Shown here piece by piece: positions 37,101 to 45,825 of a DNA stretch of 63,176 nucleotides; the stretch's first letter is position 1, and each line of letters begins with the position of its first letter. The notes beneath the pieces are model-generated. The model made no database searches. It saw only the letters and a list, made by a program, of their open reading frames with translations, and was not told the origin of the DNA. This DNA is from Candidatus Micrarchaeota archaeon (lineage in GTDB: Archaea > Micrarchaeota > Micrarchaeia > Anstonellales > Anstonellaceae): contig JAPLWX010000004.1 of NCBI GenBank assembly GCA_026396415.1, positions 1 to 63,176 on the forward strand. Direction: 5' to 3'. The translations under genes were made by a program, and so were the position numbers.

Positions 37101-38439
37101 TTTCATCGTAGGGAAGGCTTTCCCCATACCATTGGGACAGCAGGTCCGAGCATTTCACATAGCGGAAACCGATGTCAAGCTCGTTTGCAAGCGCGCGCAT
37201 GAGCATGGTCTTTCCGGTTCCAGGCGGGCCGAAGAGAAGCACGCCCTTGGGCGGCTTGATGTTGTAGGCATAGGCGAACTCCGGCTTTTTCAGGGGGGTG
37301 ACGATGGCTTCGCGCAGCTCCCCCTTGACATCCTCATAGCCGCCCACCTGCTCAAGCGTGTCAGTGCCCGCATCCGAAAGCGAGGCGTCGCCGAACTTGG
37401 AAAATGCCTTCTGCTTCTGGCCCCGCTCCACTATCTTCTCGCGGGAAAGAGAAATGCCGTAGTGCTCCATTGCCGCGATGGCGCCGACCGATATTGCGCA
37501 GTAGACAAAGCCCATGGGCTCGACAGGATTCTTGAATGCCGGGGCAAGCAGGAAGTTCGTTATTGGCACGAGGAAAAGCGCGGATGATGCAATTGTCTGC
37601 TTGTACTTGTGGTTTATCTGCGCGGGAATCATGGCAACTGCAAAAAGCGCAACCGCCCATACCACTAGCTGGGCGAGCGCAAAGTCGGAGGCCAATAGCT
37701 TGATTGCATCGCCTGCAATCTTTTCAAGCGCCGGGGAGACAGGGCCAATTGACTTGCTAAAATCGAAAAGGGAAGCGAGCGAGCCTGCCGCGGCAGGCAC
37801 AATCTCCCCGATTTCCGCAGCGGGCTGCGCATTGTTCTGAAGCTCTGCCATGGCAGGCCCGTAGATGGCCTCGTAGTCATTCGAGATTGTGATGAACGAT
37901 GAGGTGGGGAGCAGCCAGATTGCCGAGAGCAGCAGGACAATGAAAATCGCAGGCAGGGAGACTGTGAAGCTGCTGCGGGAGCCGAAGCGCAGGGCGGCAA
38001 CGGCAAGCAGCAGGAACAGGAAGCCCGACACCATGGAGAATGGGAAGGGCGCGAAAGGGGCGAGCATGGCGATTTCAAGGAAGGAAATCACGCTCCAGTG
38101 CTCGAACGCCTCGAAAAGCGTGATTGCGATTGCAAGCGTGAACACCCAGGCGAGCACAGGCGCCTGGTAGGCAACTGCAGGGAGCGCGAAGAACATGCCG
38201 GCTATGGTTCCTCCGGGAGGGAACTTGTATGCAATCGCGCCCGAGAGCGCGGCAAGCGCGAATGATATGTATATCGGGTAGAACGGGAACGGGAGGAGGA
38301 GGAAAAGCGTGCCCAATGCGACAAGGAGCGCGTCGCCTATGTTGTCGTCCGTGCGCAGCATCTGCACCATGGCAAGCATGCGCTGCTTGCCCATGCTGCC
38401 TGTTGCAACAGACTGCTGCCCTGGAACTGCCCCGCCCAT
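34156..38439 (-). CDS. Membrane-anchored double-AAA (Cdc48/VCP-like) ATPase with intein
   Basis: Multi-TM N-terminus; GPPGTGKT/FFDEID/RPGRFD and GPPGCGKT/FIDEIE/RPGRFD. Confidence 0.92.
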   Translation of the reverse strand: MGGAVPGQQSVATGSMGKQRMLAMVQMLRTDDNIGDALLVALGTLFLLLPFPFYPIYISFALAALSGAIAYKFPPGGTIAGMFFALPAVAYQAPVLAWVFTLAIAITLFEAFEHWSVISFLEIAMLAPFAPFPFSMVSGFLFLLLAVAALRFGSRSSFTVSLPAIFIVLLLSAIWLLPTSSFITISNDYEAIYGPAMAELQNNAQPAAEIGEIVPAAAGSLASLFDFSKSIGPVSPALEKIAGDAIKLLASDFALAQLVVWAVALFAVAMIPAQINHKYKQTIASSALFLVPITNFLLAPAFKNPVEPMGFVYCAISVGAIAAMEHYGISLSREKIVERGQKQKAFSKFGDASLSDAGTDTLEQVGGYEDVKGELREAIVTPLKKPEFAYAYNIKPPKGVLLFGPPGTGKTMLMRALANELDIGFRYVKCSDLLSQWYGESLPYDEKITIMEGGRIRLEEIGKVVEGKMRAKVLSFDANGKAVFADICGHMKHKCTSPIYEVRTRTGRRIRVTGYHSLFTLDGYTVKSVKTSELVAGVSHIAIPSRIPAPSLPVEKLEFLRLLRENDFRLKVRGARLLLENAVAALGEKKACAILGIRRTAYLKQVLRQNIGVRAGRFLRLMEEAGVEFDAAGVEVFAGKNGLAGEIAINEDFALFLGLWVAEGSYNAGHTVRISTSDKEVAQVSQLCQRLFGSATIYKKKNSAGTNGSAGSDGSSDAGGSASAKECHGRDIYIGSRALYVLMRHCLGLDDGAVKKKAPAIAFNLSERNLSSFLRGYFSGDGSIYANQKGFGTIEAGTVSGQLADQLLYLLLRFGIVATVYSKTEKHGLPAHRICMAGEQLRAFACRIGFTFAEKQGRLERCASRGNWHRGRQIPISGAMGGFVSQHAPNHCNCATIGAGMLSSLAAEAGDDAAYSAVSNDLHWDRVEGITRVADEEFVFDISVEPCQNFAGGFGGIFAHNSEKNLSEVFSIARKGAPFLLFFDEIDSIGKKRDSYTSDDVAPRVMSVLLQELDGFTPNSKKPVIFVGATNLPDQLDPALMRPGRFDKIIYMHLPDKDARAAIFKVNLRKLPSSDDIDYGRLAAITERYSGADIKNIVTEASRLAAREAMSAQTVVKISMAHLTNIIKRVKPSNSLDSLENYERFRMDFERRSDAVEKKPEEKGVRWEDVAGLSEVRRVLLESIEIPLLHEDLMKEMDVKPSKGLLLYGPPGCGKTMIVKAAANELNANFLTISGSELMKSRDKTPSAYVKEVFNRARESAPALVFIDEIEALAPSRDEYRGGILTELLQELDGVKELKNVMIVGATNKPFALDAAILRPGRFDKILYIPPPDVPARKQVFALGLAKFLKNVNLDRLAAATDGFSGADIASICQEVKMELVRQKLKGKPTDVTTDSVLDVVGTRRPSITGKDLKEYVSFTQEYGERK
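35557..37119 (-). mobile_element. Intein (521 aa) with LAGLIDADG endonuclease
   Basis: WYGE|SLPYDE...GGIFAHN|SEKN; TGYHSLF block B; FLGLWVAEG and FLRGYFSGDG. Confidence 0.92.
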
Positions 38440-38567
38440 GCGCCATAAATCGGGAAAGAGAATTATATATGTATATGAATGTAGGCACCCGAAACTGAGT
38501 TATTAGTGGTCTAGAATGTTACCTAATGGTTTATAAACTGTTGCATCAACATAGAGAACGTGATAGA

Positions 38568-39599
38568 ATGAAACATAAAACGGTTATAACCTCTGACACA
38601 GGCCAAGTCGTAAAAGAGAGAGAGAAATTCACCGCATTTACGCTCATGGGTCAGAATATTTGCGATGTGTTCAGGAATAAGGATAAGATGCTTATTGTTG
38701 CCACTTCAAAAGGGGACACTGAGAAAATCAAAAGGGCGCTCAAAAAAGGCGCCGACCATGAAGCGACAATAGAACGTCAAAAATTTGTAATCAAGAAGAT
38801 TCCATGGAACCTCACGTATAAAACTCCATTAGAGGTGGCTGTTGAAAATGGCCAACTTCAAACCATGAAGATTCTAATTGAAGCAGGCGCTAATGTTAAT
38901 AGTGCGCGGCAGAATACTCCGCTAACTCTGGCTATGGCACAAAATAATCTGGATGCAGTGAAGCTCTTGATTGAATCTGGCGCAGGGGTTGACAGTAGAG
39001 ACACTTCGCGACGGACTGCTCTAATGTTTGCAGCACAGAAGGGAAATCAAGATGCCGTCAGATATCTGATTGATAATGGTGCCGACGTTAACGCGAAAGA
39101 CGACACTGGGCCTGTTCTATTATATGCCAATGCCGAAATCACGAAGATTTTGATAGAAGCTGGCGCTGACGTTAATGCGGGGGATTGGAGAGACCAGCGA
39201 ACAATACTTATTCATGCTGCATATGACAGAGATGTTGAGAAAATGAGGCTTTTGATTGCTGCCGGGGCGAATGTTAATGCCATGAGCACAAGTGGTGAAA
39301 CTGCACTGTCACGGGCTGTGAGTTATCATCAAGATAGCCCTGTTGAAGTTGTAAAGCTCCTGATTGCCAACGGGGCTGGATTGGAGATACGTGATAAGAA
39401 CGGAATTACTGCTTTGATGTATGCTGGTATGAATGGCCAGATAGATTCTGTAAAGCTGTTGATTGAAGCTGGCGCAGACGTTAATGCGAAAGACAGCTAC
39501 GGTCAAACAGTGATAAAGGTCATTAGAGAATATGCTGGGATGTTATTTGGCGACCCGAGGGAAATCATTGCGCTTCTCAGGCAAAACGGAGCAGAATAG
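38568..39599 (+). CDS. Ankyrin-repeat protein
   Basis: Repeated TPL/TALM...LLIEAGADVNA units; visibly AT-richer than the flanking genes. Confidence 0.92.
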   Translation: MKHKTVITSDTGQVVKEREKFTAFTLMGQNICDVFRNKDKMLIVATSKGDTEKIKRALKKGADHEATIERQKFVIKKIPWNLTYKTPLEVAVENGQLQTMKILIEAGANVNSARQNTPLTLAMAQNNLDAVKLLIESGAGVDSRDTSRRTALMFAAQKGNQDAVRYLIDNGADVNAKDDTGPVLLYANAEITKILIEAGADVNAGDWRDQRTILIHAAYDRDVEKMRLLIAAGANVNAMSTSGETALSRAVSYHQDSPVEVVKLLIANGAGLEIRDKNGITALMYAGMNGQIDSVKLLIEAGADVNAKDSYGQTVIKVIREYAGMLFGDPREIIALLRQNGAE

Positions 39600-39626
39600 T
39601 AAGGATTGTCAAGTTATCCGCGGCAA

Positions 39627-42320
39627 TCAGCGCGCTATCTCCTTCAGGTACGCGCTTACCGCCTCCTTGATGGGCAGGAGCAGTATGTTCCTGTTGTTCA
39701 CCTCCATCTTGAGCGCGACCGCCAGCTTGGAGGGCGAGTTGAGCGCGAGGCGGAAGTCCTCCGCCTCCTCGGGCGTCTTGAACACGATTATGGTGTGCCC
39801 CCGAGGCACGGTGGCAAGCGCGCGGTGGGTGACGCGCTCGCGCGGCTCCTCCATTATGTGGAAGTAGATGTCCTCATTGCCCGATACCGCCTTCACGTCG
39901 CATTCTGGCATGGCGTCGATTTTTGAGAATTTCACCGCATTGTTAACGAACACGTTGCGGAGTATCCTGTATATCATGAGGTAGCGGGTGGAATGCCCGC
40001 TCTCCTTTTCCCACGCCGTCTTGCCCCAGTAGTCAAGCTCGTCCTTGACAGAGCCCTCCTCGCGGAGCTTGGAAAGCACGCGCTCCAGGTTGAAGTCGCC
40101 AATCAATATCGGCTTGCCGTTGTAGGTGAGCTTCCGAAAGCCGCCTTTCAGCTCCTCCGCGCGAAGCGGCATCCACTTCCACGAGTAGCCTGCGTTGATA
40201 TTGTCGAAAATCTCAAGCACGGTCTCGCGCTTGACGGGTATCTTCACCGTATTTAACGGGGGGAAGTCCGGGATGTCAAGCCCGTAGCGCAGCACCTCGG
40301 GGCGGCGAAGGACCGTTCCCACGCCGAAAACCAGGAGCGAAAGCACGCCGAGGAACACCACAGTAGGATTGTCCCAGAGGTTCTTGCGCGCAAAGTATTC
40401 AGCCTCAAAGTCCTTGCTCCACCTTCCTGCCGAGAAGGTGAATTTGTGCTTGCCAGCGGCAATCTTCCCGGCATAGGAATAAGTGAGCTGCGTGTCGCTT
40501 CCGCTCCGGGCAAGCGTTGGCGGCGAGTACTGCCGCTCGCCGGCCTTGTCCATTGCCACCGACAGGGATTGCGGGCTGACCGGCCTGCCGCCTGCCGAGA
40601 TCGTGAAATTGAATTTCCCGTTCACCCAGTCCGCCCATGGGAGGCTGATATCAAGGTCCGTCACGGTGAGCATGGTGGCGGCATAAACCTTGCCCTGCGG
40701 GTCGATTATCTCGAGCACATAGTTCCCGGGCTCTGCATCCACCTGGAAATCCACGGATTTTTCTATTGTGGGGTTGGTAAGCCCAAGCTCGAACTCGGAG
40801 CGCTGGAGCTCCACCCCGTCCTTGTACATGCCCACAAAGAGCTTGACGGGCGTAGGGTCGGATTCCTTGAGGGCAAGGTTGAGGCGCGTCTTCACCCCCG
40901 AAAGGTAGAACGGCACTGTTTGCGGGTCGCGGGGGTAGATCTCCCCTTTTTGGGCCTTGTCGATTTGGAAGACCGAGAATGTGCGCAACGGCACGCCATT
41001 CGCATCCGTAGCTTTCGTGGAAAGGCGCACAAATGCGGAATCATCCGGGAAAGACGAGGTGTAAAGCGAGACCGGCTCCTTTTCCGAAGTGGAATTTGTG
41101 CTGGCCTCTGCAGAGGCGATTGGGCTGAGCCAGCGCTCCTCGTAAATGAGCCTTGAGACATCTGCAACTGCTTTCTCATAGCCTTGCGAGTCGGAATCGG
41201 TCACCCACCCTCCGTCCAGGAACTGCGGGATGAAAAGCATGGTGCCCTTGCCCAGGCGCACGGTTGAGACAGAGCCATAGAGCATGCCCTGGGAGGACAT
41301 GTTGGACGCGCCCCTGCCAGGGGTTGCCGTGTACTGCGCATCATAAAGCATGAAGCCATCGCTTGATTCCAGGCTGCCTTTCACGAATGAGATGCCGCTG
41401 TTTTCCACCTTCACAGTGCTTCCCGATTTGTCAAGCGCAAGCGTGTCAAACGGCATGCCTATGTAGGCGATGCCCACTCCCCGTGACAGCAGGGATTTGA
41501 AGTTTGAGCCCTCATCGCCGGCAAGGAGCTCAAGCGGGAAGTAGCCGGTTGGCACGACCAAAAGCGCTCCGTCCGGAAGGGATGGGAGCGACTCCAGCCC
41601 GATTTCATTCACGGATATGCCCTGGCTGGAAAGCTGCTCAGCAAGCCCGGTGCGGAAAAGGGGGTAAGTATCCGCGCTTTCCCGCGCGTGGTCGAGCAGG
41701 AACACCTGGGTGAGCGGCATTTCGCGGAAAAGATTGGCTGAAAAGTTCGCCCTGGTGACATTTTCCGATTCAAAGCTGATGAGAAAATATGCAAGGCGGG
41801 AAGGATTCCCGGCCTGCCCTACCGAGAGGATGCTGCTCTGCTGAAGCGAAGAGGAATACGTGCCGATGAAGCCGGGCGGGGCGGCGGATGCCGGGACGCC
41901 GCCTTGCGGGCCGCCGTACATGACCATGAGAACCGCTATGCTGAGGAAGAAAAGCAGGAAGAGCGCAACTGTGATTTTCACCGCGATGCCAAGCGAGCCT
42001 GAAGGCTTGGCAGGTGATGCGGATGGCTGCCCGGGAGCCATCGATGGCTGGCCAGCAGGGGCGGGCGCAGATGAAGCGCCGCCGGCCTCCGAACCCCCTG
42101 CTAGCGGCTTTCTTGCCTTGAGGAATGATTGGATGCCGTCCCTTATGCCCTCTGCCGGGGTCTCGGCTTTTTTCTTCACCGCAAAGCTCCTTGTTGCGGC
42201 GAATTTTTTTCTCACGTCGAAGACGTACGCTTTTTTTGAGATTTTGAGCTTGAGGCTGCGCTCGGGGGCATTTGATGCGGGCGCGCCAATGCTGCCTGAT
42301 GCACCCTTGTTTTCTGCCAT
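39627..42320 (-). CDS. Large two-TM membrane protein with extracellular beta-rich domain
   Basis: 897-aa ORF with two TMs; co-oriented in the ATPase operon. Confidence 0.8.
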   Translation of the reverse strand: MAENKGASGSIGAPASNAPERSLKLKISKKAYVFDVRKKFAATRSFAVKKKAETPAEGIRDGIQSFLKARKPLAGGSEAGGASSAPAPAGQPSMAPGQPSASPAKPSGSLGIAVKITVALFLLFFLSIAVLMVMYGGPQGGVPASAAPPGFIGTYSSSLQQSSILSVGQAGNPSRLAYFLISFESENVTRANFSANLFREMPLTQVFLLDHARESADTYPLFRTGLAEQLSSQGISVNEIGLESLPSLPDGALLVVPTGYFPLELLAGDEGSNFKSLLSRGVGIAYIGMPFDTLALDKSGSTVKVENSGISFVKGSLESSDGFMLYDAQYTATPGRGASNMSSQGMLYGSVSTVRLGKGTMLFIPQFLDGGWVTDSDSQGYEKAVADVSRLIYEERWLSPIASAEASTNSTSEKEPVSLYTSSFPDDSAFVRLSTKATDANGVPLRTFSVFQIDKAQKGEIYPRDPQTVPFYLSGVKTRLNLALKESDPTPVKLFVGMYKDGVELQRSEFELGLTNPTIEKSVDFQVDAEPGNYVLEIIDPQGKVYAATMLTVTDLDISLPWADWVNGKFNFTISAGGRPVSPQSLSVAMDKAGERQYSPPTLARSGSDTQLTYSYAGKIAAGKHKFTFSAGRWSKDFEAEYFARKNLWDNPTVVFLGVLSLLVFGVGTVLRRPEVLRYGLDIPDFPPLNTVKIPVKRETVLEIFDNINAGYSWKWMPLRAEELKGGFRKLTYNGKPILIGDFNLERVLSKLREEGSVKDELDYWGKTAWEKESGHSTRYLMIYRILRNVFVNNAVKFSKIDAMPECDVKAVSGNEDIYFHIMEEPRERVTHRALATVPRGHTIIVFKTPEEAEDFRLALNSPSKLAVALKMEVNNRNILLLPIKEAVSAYLKEIAR

Positions 42321-42344
42321 GTAGATACCTTTGCCGAAAAAGGG

Positions 42345-43127
42345 CTACCCTTTCGATTCTATGTAGCCCTCTGTCACGAGCTTGTTCAGCATCTGCTCCA
42401 CGCGGTTCTCCGGGACGTTGTAGACCTTCGAGAAGTCCGCGATGTTTATCTCGCCCTTGTGCTCCGAGAGCCACTCCTGTATCTTGAGCGCAAGCACGGG
42501 GTCGGAGAACGTCTCAAGCGAGCGGAGCTTGAGCGTGAGCTCGTCGTTCTTGTTTTTCAGCTCGAAGTTCTCCTTGGAAAGCGACGTGCTTTTGTCGTTT
42601 GCATCGCGCAGTTTTTTCTGCATGGACGCTGATTCGGATTTTTGGCTGTCATACATCCCAAAGAGCTTGTCATACTCGACAGACGAGTACTCGGTCATGT
42701 CGGAAACCGCAGCCTCGAGAAGCTGGTAGATGTCCTGCATTTTCACGGCATAGCAGTCTTCGGTGATTGTGAGCAGGTTGAGGAAATGGCGCAGCACCTC
42801 GATTCTCCGCCTTTTCGGGCTGGTGTTCGGCATGCAGGTGTATTTTGCCTCGATGGAGCCTGGAAGGAAGGAGACCACGGAGAACAGGAACGGGTTTTTC
42901 TGGATGTCGCGGGACTCCACATTGAGGACGAGCAGCGCATCCTTGTCCGTGCTCATCTCAAGAAAGGAAAGCTCTGACAGGCGCTGGGAAATGTCGGCAG
43001 GCGTTTTCACCCTTTTTGCCGCAATGCGAAAGCCGCTCACAGTGGGCACGGTGGGCATTGACGCGGCTGCTGGCGATGAGGGCGTGGCGCCCCGTGAAGT
43101 GGTTTGCGGAGTGTTCGGCAATGCCAT
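42345..43127 (-). CDS. Coiled-coil protein with C-terminal winged helix
   Basis: Heptad region; GEINIADFSKVYNVPENRVEQMLNKLVTEGYI. Confidence 0.75.
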   Translation of the reverse strand: MALPNTPQTTSRGATPSSPAAASMPTVPTVSGFRIAAKRVKTPADISQRLSELSFLEMSTDKDALLVLNVESRDIQKNPFLFSVVSFLPGSIEAKYTCMPNTSPKRRRIEVLRHFLNLLTITEDCYAVKMQDIYQLLEAAVSDMTEYSSVEYDKLFGMYDSQKSESASMQKKLRDANDKSTSLSKENFELKNKNDELTLKLRSLETFSDPVLALKIQEWLSEHKGEINIADFSKVYNVPENRVEQMLNKLVTEGYIESKG

Positions 43128-43141
43128 GGCAAAACCCTAAC

Positions 43142-43666
43142 TCACTTTTTTTTCTTCCCAGGATTCGGCTTTTTCATCGCTTTTTTGCCTGCCGCTTTTT
43201 TCCATCTCTTCCTTATCCTGTGGAAAGCGTTGCCCACATTCCTCTCAATCTTGTCAAGCTTCTGCATCTTTGACGGCTTGGAGGGCACGGTAGCGGAAGC
43301 AGCCTTTGCCGCCCCTGCCTCAAGCGCGGGCGTGTGAGATGTGAGGACGGGCATGAACACCAGGATGGCGGCAAAAAGCAGGCCCACCAGCACGGCATAG
43401 GCGGAAAAGCCCGTTGTGAACACAGGCAGGAAGACCAGGAGGACCAGCACAATGCCCGCAACCACCATGTACACCGCAAGGTTGCGCTCATACGCCTGCC
43501 TTTTCTTCCTGTGGGCTTCCAGGTCATTTTCACAGACCACAAGCTCGTTGTTCTTCGCAATGCGGAGATACCGCTTGGCCCGCCTTATGGAGCGTATGAC
43601 CGCGTCGTCGGCAACCGCATGCCCCTGCTTCACTTCCTGACTGCATATTATGCAAACCTTCGCCAT
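43142..43666 (-). CDS. Two-TM protein with N-terminal CxxC
   Basis: MAKVCIIC...VVCE; GGTGG Shine-Dalgarno. Confidence 0.7.
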   Translation of the reverse strand: MAKVCIICSQEVKQGHAVADDAVIRSIRRAKRYLRIAKNNELVVCENDLEAHRKKRQAYERNLAVYMVVAGIVLVLLVFLPVFTTGFSAYAVLVGLLFAAILVFMPVLTSHTPALEAGAAKAASATVPSKPSKMQKLDKIERNVGNAFHRIRKRWKKAAGKKAMKKPNPGKKKK

Positions 43667-43682
43667 TTTTACCACCTTTTGA

Positions 43683-43979
43683 CTATGCCAGCACCACCTG
43701 CGTTATCTCACGGTTGCTCACCCCCAGGCGGGTGAAATCGGCCTTGGAAAAAACATTGATGAGCGTGCTTTCGTCCACGCCGATGTCATGGAGGAACGCG
43801 GAAACCTCCGCCCTCTGCACGCCGTAGCGCTCAAGCATTATCACGAAGGAAATGACGTCTATGTGCCTGTTGTTCTTGTCGAACACCGATGTGATGTCAG
43901 CCACGCGGAGCTCATCCAGCCTGAATGCGCGCAGCCGGCGCCTCAGTTCGTCTTTCGGGAAGAAAAGTGTCCGTGCCAT
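43683..43979 (-). CDS. Small protein homologous to the C-terminal domain of the adjacent ATPase
   Basis: KDELRRRLRAF...ISFVIMLERYGV...INVFSKAD versus KDELKKKLRAY...ASFVVLLTRYGI...VNVLAKAD. Confidence 0.75.
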   Translation of the reverse strand: MARTLFFPKDELRRRLRAFRLDELRVADITSVFDKNNRHIDVISFVIMLERYGVQRAEVSAFLHDIGVDESTLINVFSKADFTRLGVSNREITQVVLA

Positions 43980-44027
43980 GCCAATCCATCCTTTCATTGC
44001 CCGGGATTGCCGCCCGGGCGATTGCAT

Positions 44028-45644
44028 TCATCCGCTCTCTGGGTTGATGTTGCCCTTCTGAGAGGGCGCCTGCGCGTTTGATATGAATTCCGTTATGTCG
44101 TCGTCGCCAAGCTCCATCTCAAGCTCGTCCGCCTTGGCAAGCACATTGACGACCGTGCTGTCCTCGAGCCCGAGCTCCTTGAGGAAATTGCCGATGTTGC
44201 CCCTTGCAATGCCATAGCGCGTGAGGAGCACCACGAACGAGGCGATTTCCATGCGCCTGCCCTTCTTGGAGAAAAGCGCGACCACCTCGTCGGACTGCTC
44301 CTCGTTCATGCCATATGCGCGCAGCTTCTTCTTCAGCTCGTCCTTCTCGAACGAAGTCGAGCGCGCCACGCCCTCCATGGACATTTCCTCGCGGGTGAGC
44401 ACCCCTTCCATGTCGAGGAAGAACTCCTGCATGGGCTCCTCGCCCTCTATCTTGTCCAGCATGAAAGTCTCCGAGAAGTCCGCGGTGGTCTGGAACGCCA
44501 TGTTGACCGCTGCCTGCCCCACGCCAAGCTTTGCAATCTCGGCGCGCATGTAGTTCGAGAAGTTCAGCGTGGACTGCAGGTAGTCCAGGTAGCGCTCGAA
44601 CTTGACGCGCAGTATGAACGTGGTGCCCACGTTGGAGAAGATAGCCTCGGAAATGTCCGTCGGGTTCTGGGACGCGACGATGAGGCCGAACTGGTATTTC
44701 CTGCCCTCGCGCACAATCATGACGGCGTCCGAGTTGTCGTCCTTGGCTATCTTCCACGCCTCGTCCAGCACCACCAGGAGCTTGAGGCCCTTGGTGGAGG
44801 ACCAGCCCTCCTCGCGCATCTTCTCCTTGAGGAACTGCAGCATGGAAAGCGCGGCGAGGCCTCGGAATGTTTCATCCGGCAATCCTGACAGGTCAAGGTC
44901 CACCATTCCCGCGCGCGTGAGCTTCTCCAGGTCGATTGTGGACTGCTGGGCGAAGAAGTCCTCGCCCTCGCGCGTGAACTGCCTGAGGCGGTAAATCGCA
45001 TTCTCAAGCTCCGCGGGGAACTCGTAGGAGCCTGCCTCGCTCATCTCCTCCAAAAGCTTCTGCACGTCCTTGAGCGTGGGCGGCATGAGTGCCTTTCCCA
45101 GCCCGTCCACCTGGAGCTTGGAGTTGAGCTTGAATTTCGCGTTCACATACGACTTTTCAATCGCAAGCTCGGTGAGCCTGCGCTGCTCGGGGTAGCGGCT
45201 GATGTCGGTGAGGATGTCAAGCGTGCGCATTATCTGCTTTATCCTGTCGTTGGGCTTCATGCCCGCGACGTCAAGGAGGTTGATGGAGGAGCCCTTGCCA
45301 AGCGAGATGACCTTGCCGCCTGTCTGCTTCACCCAGTCCTTGTATTCCCCTGCCCAGTCGATGATGAACGAGTTGGTGCCCCAGACGAACGACGCGCGCG
45401 TGAGGAACGTCTTGACAAAATACGACTTTCCAGAGCCTGTAATCCCCACTATCGCGATGTGCGGGTTGGTGGTTTTCTGGAATGTCCAGTAGAACGGGAC
45501 GTGGAAGATTTTCGTCCTGCCTATGAAGATTGCGTTCGTGGGGTCTGCCATGAGCACCTCCTCGGGCGGCTCAGGGGGGCGCACGAAGAAGTTCCTTCTC
45601 GCCAGGTCGGTGTTGTCAAGCCCTGATATTTGCAGTCTTCCCAT
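44028..45644 (-). CDS. VirB4/HerA-like P-loop ATPase
   Basis: NPHIAIVGITGSGKS, IIDWAGEY, VVLDEAW, REGRKY, ASQNPTD. Confidence 0.9.
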   Translation of the reverse strand: MGRLQISGLDNTDLARRNFFVRPPEPPEEVLMADPTNAIFIGRTKIFHVPFYWTFQKTTNPHIAIVGITGSGKSYFVKTFLTRASFVWGTNSFIIDWAGEYKDWVKQTGGKVISLGKGSSINLLDVAGMKPNDRIKQIMRTLDILTDISRYPEQRRLTELAIEKSYVNAKFKLNSKLQVDGLGKALMPPTLKDVQKLLEEMSEAGSYEFPAELENAIYRLRQFTREGEDFFAQQSTIDLEKLTRAGMVDLDLSGLPDETFRGLAALSMLQFLKEKMREEGWSSTKGLKLLVVLDEAWKIAKDDNSDAVMIVREGRKYQFGLIVASQNPTDISEAIFSNVGTTFILRVKFERYLDYLQSTLNFSNYMRAEIAKLGVGQAAVNMAFQTTADFSETFMLDKIEGEEPMQEFFLDMEGVLTREEMSMEGVARSTSFEKDELKKKLRAYGMNEEQSDEVVALFSKKGRRMEIASFVVLLTRYGIARGNIGNFLKELGLEDSTVVNVLAKADELEMELGDDDITEFISNAQAPSQKGNINPESG

Positions 45645-45700
45645 GGAAATCACTTACCCAAGCCGCGCCAAGATAGCGCGGCTGCACGCTGCATCGCCAT

Positions 45701-45808
45701 CGCCTGCTGCCATGCGCAATCAGGCGCCTTCTCCGCCTGCCGCCATGCGCCAAATCACCATGCGCAATCAGGCGCCGTCTCCGCCCGCTGCCATGCGCAA
45801 TCAGGCGC
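45701..45808. repeat. Intergenic imperfect tandem repeat (about 33-bp unit)
   Basis: CCATGCGCAATCAGGCGC occurs three times, plus a partial copy. Confidence 0.8.
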
Positions 45809-45825
45809 GTTCCCCATTGCCACTT

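Noticed and set aside
45701-45808. Possible mini CRISPR array
   Set aside because: Linkers are short and nearly identical rather than unique spacers, and no cas genes are present.
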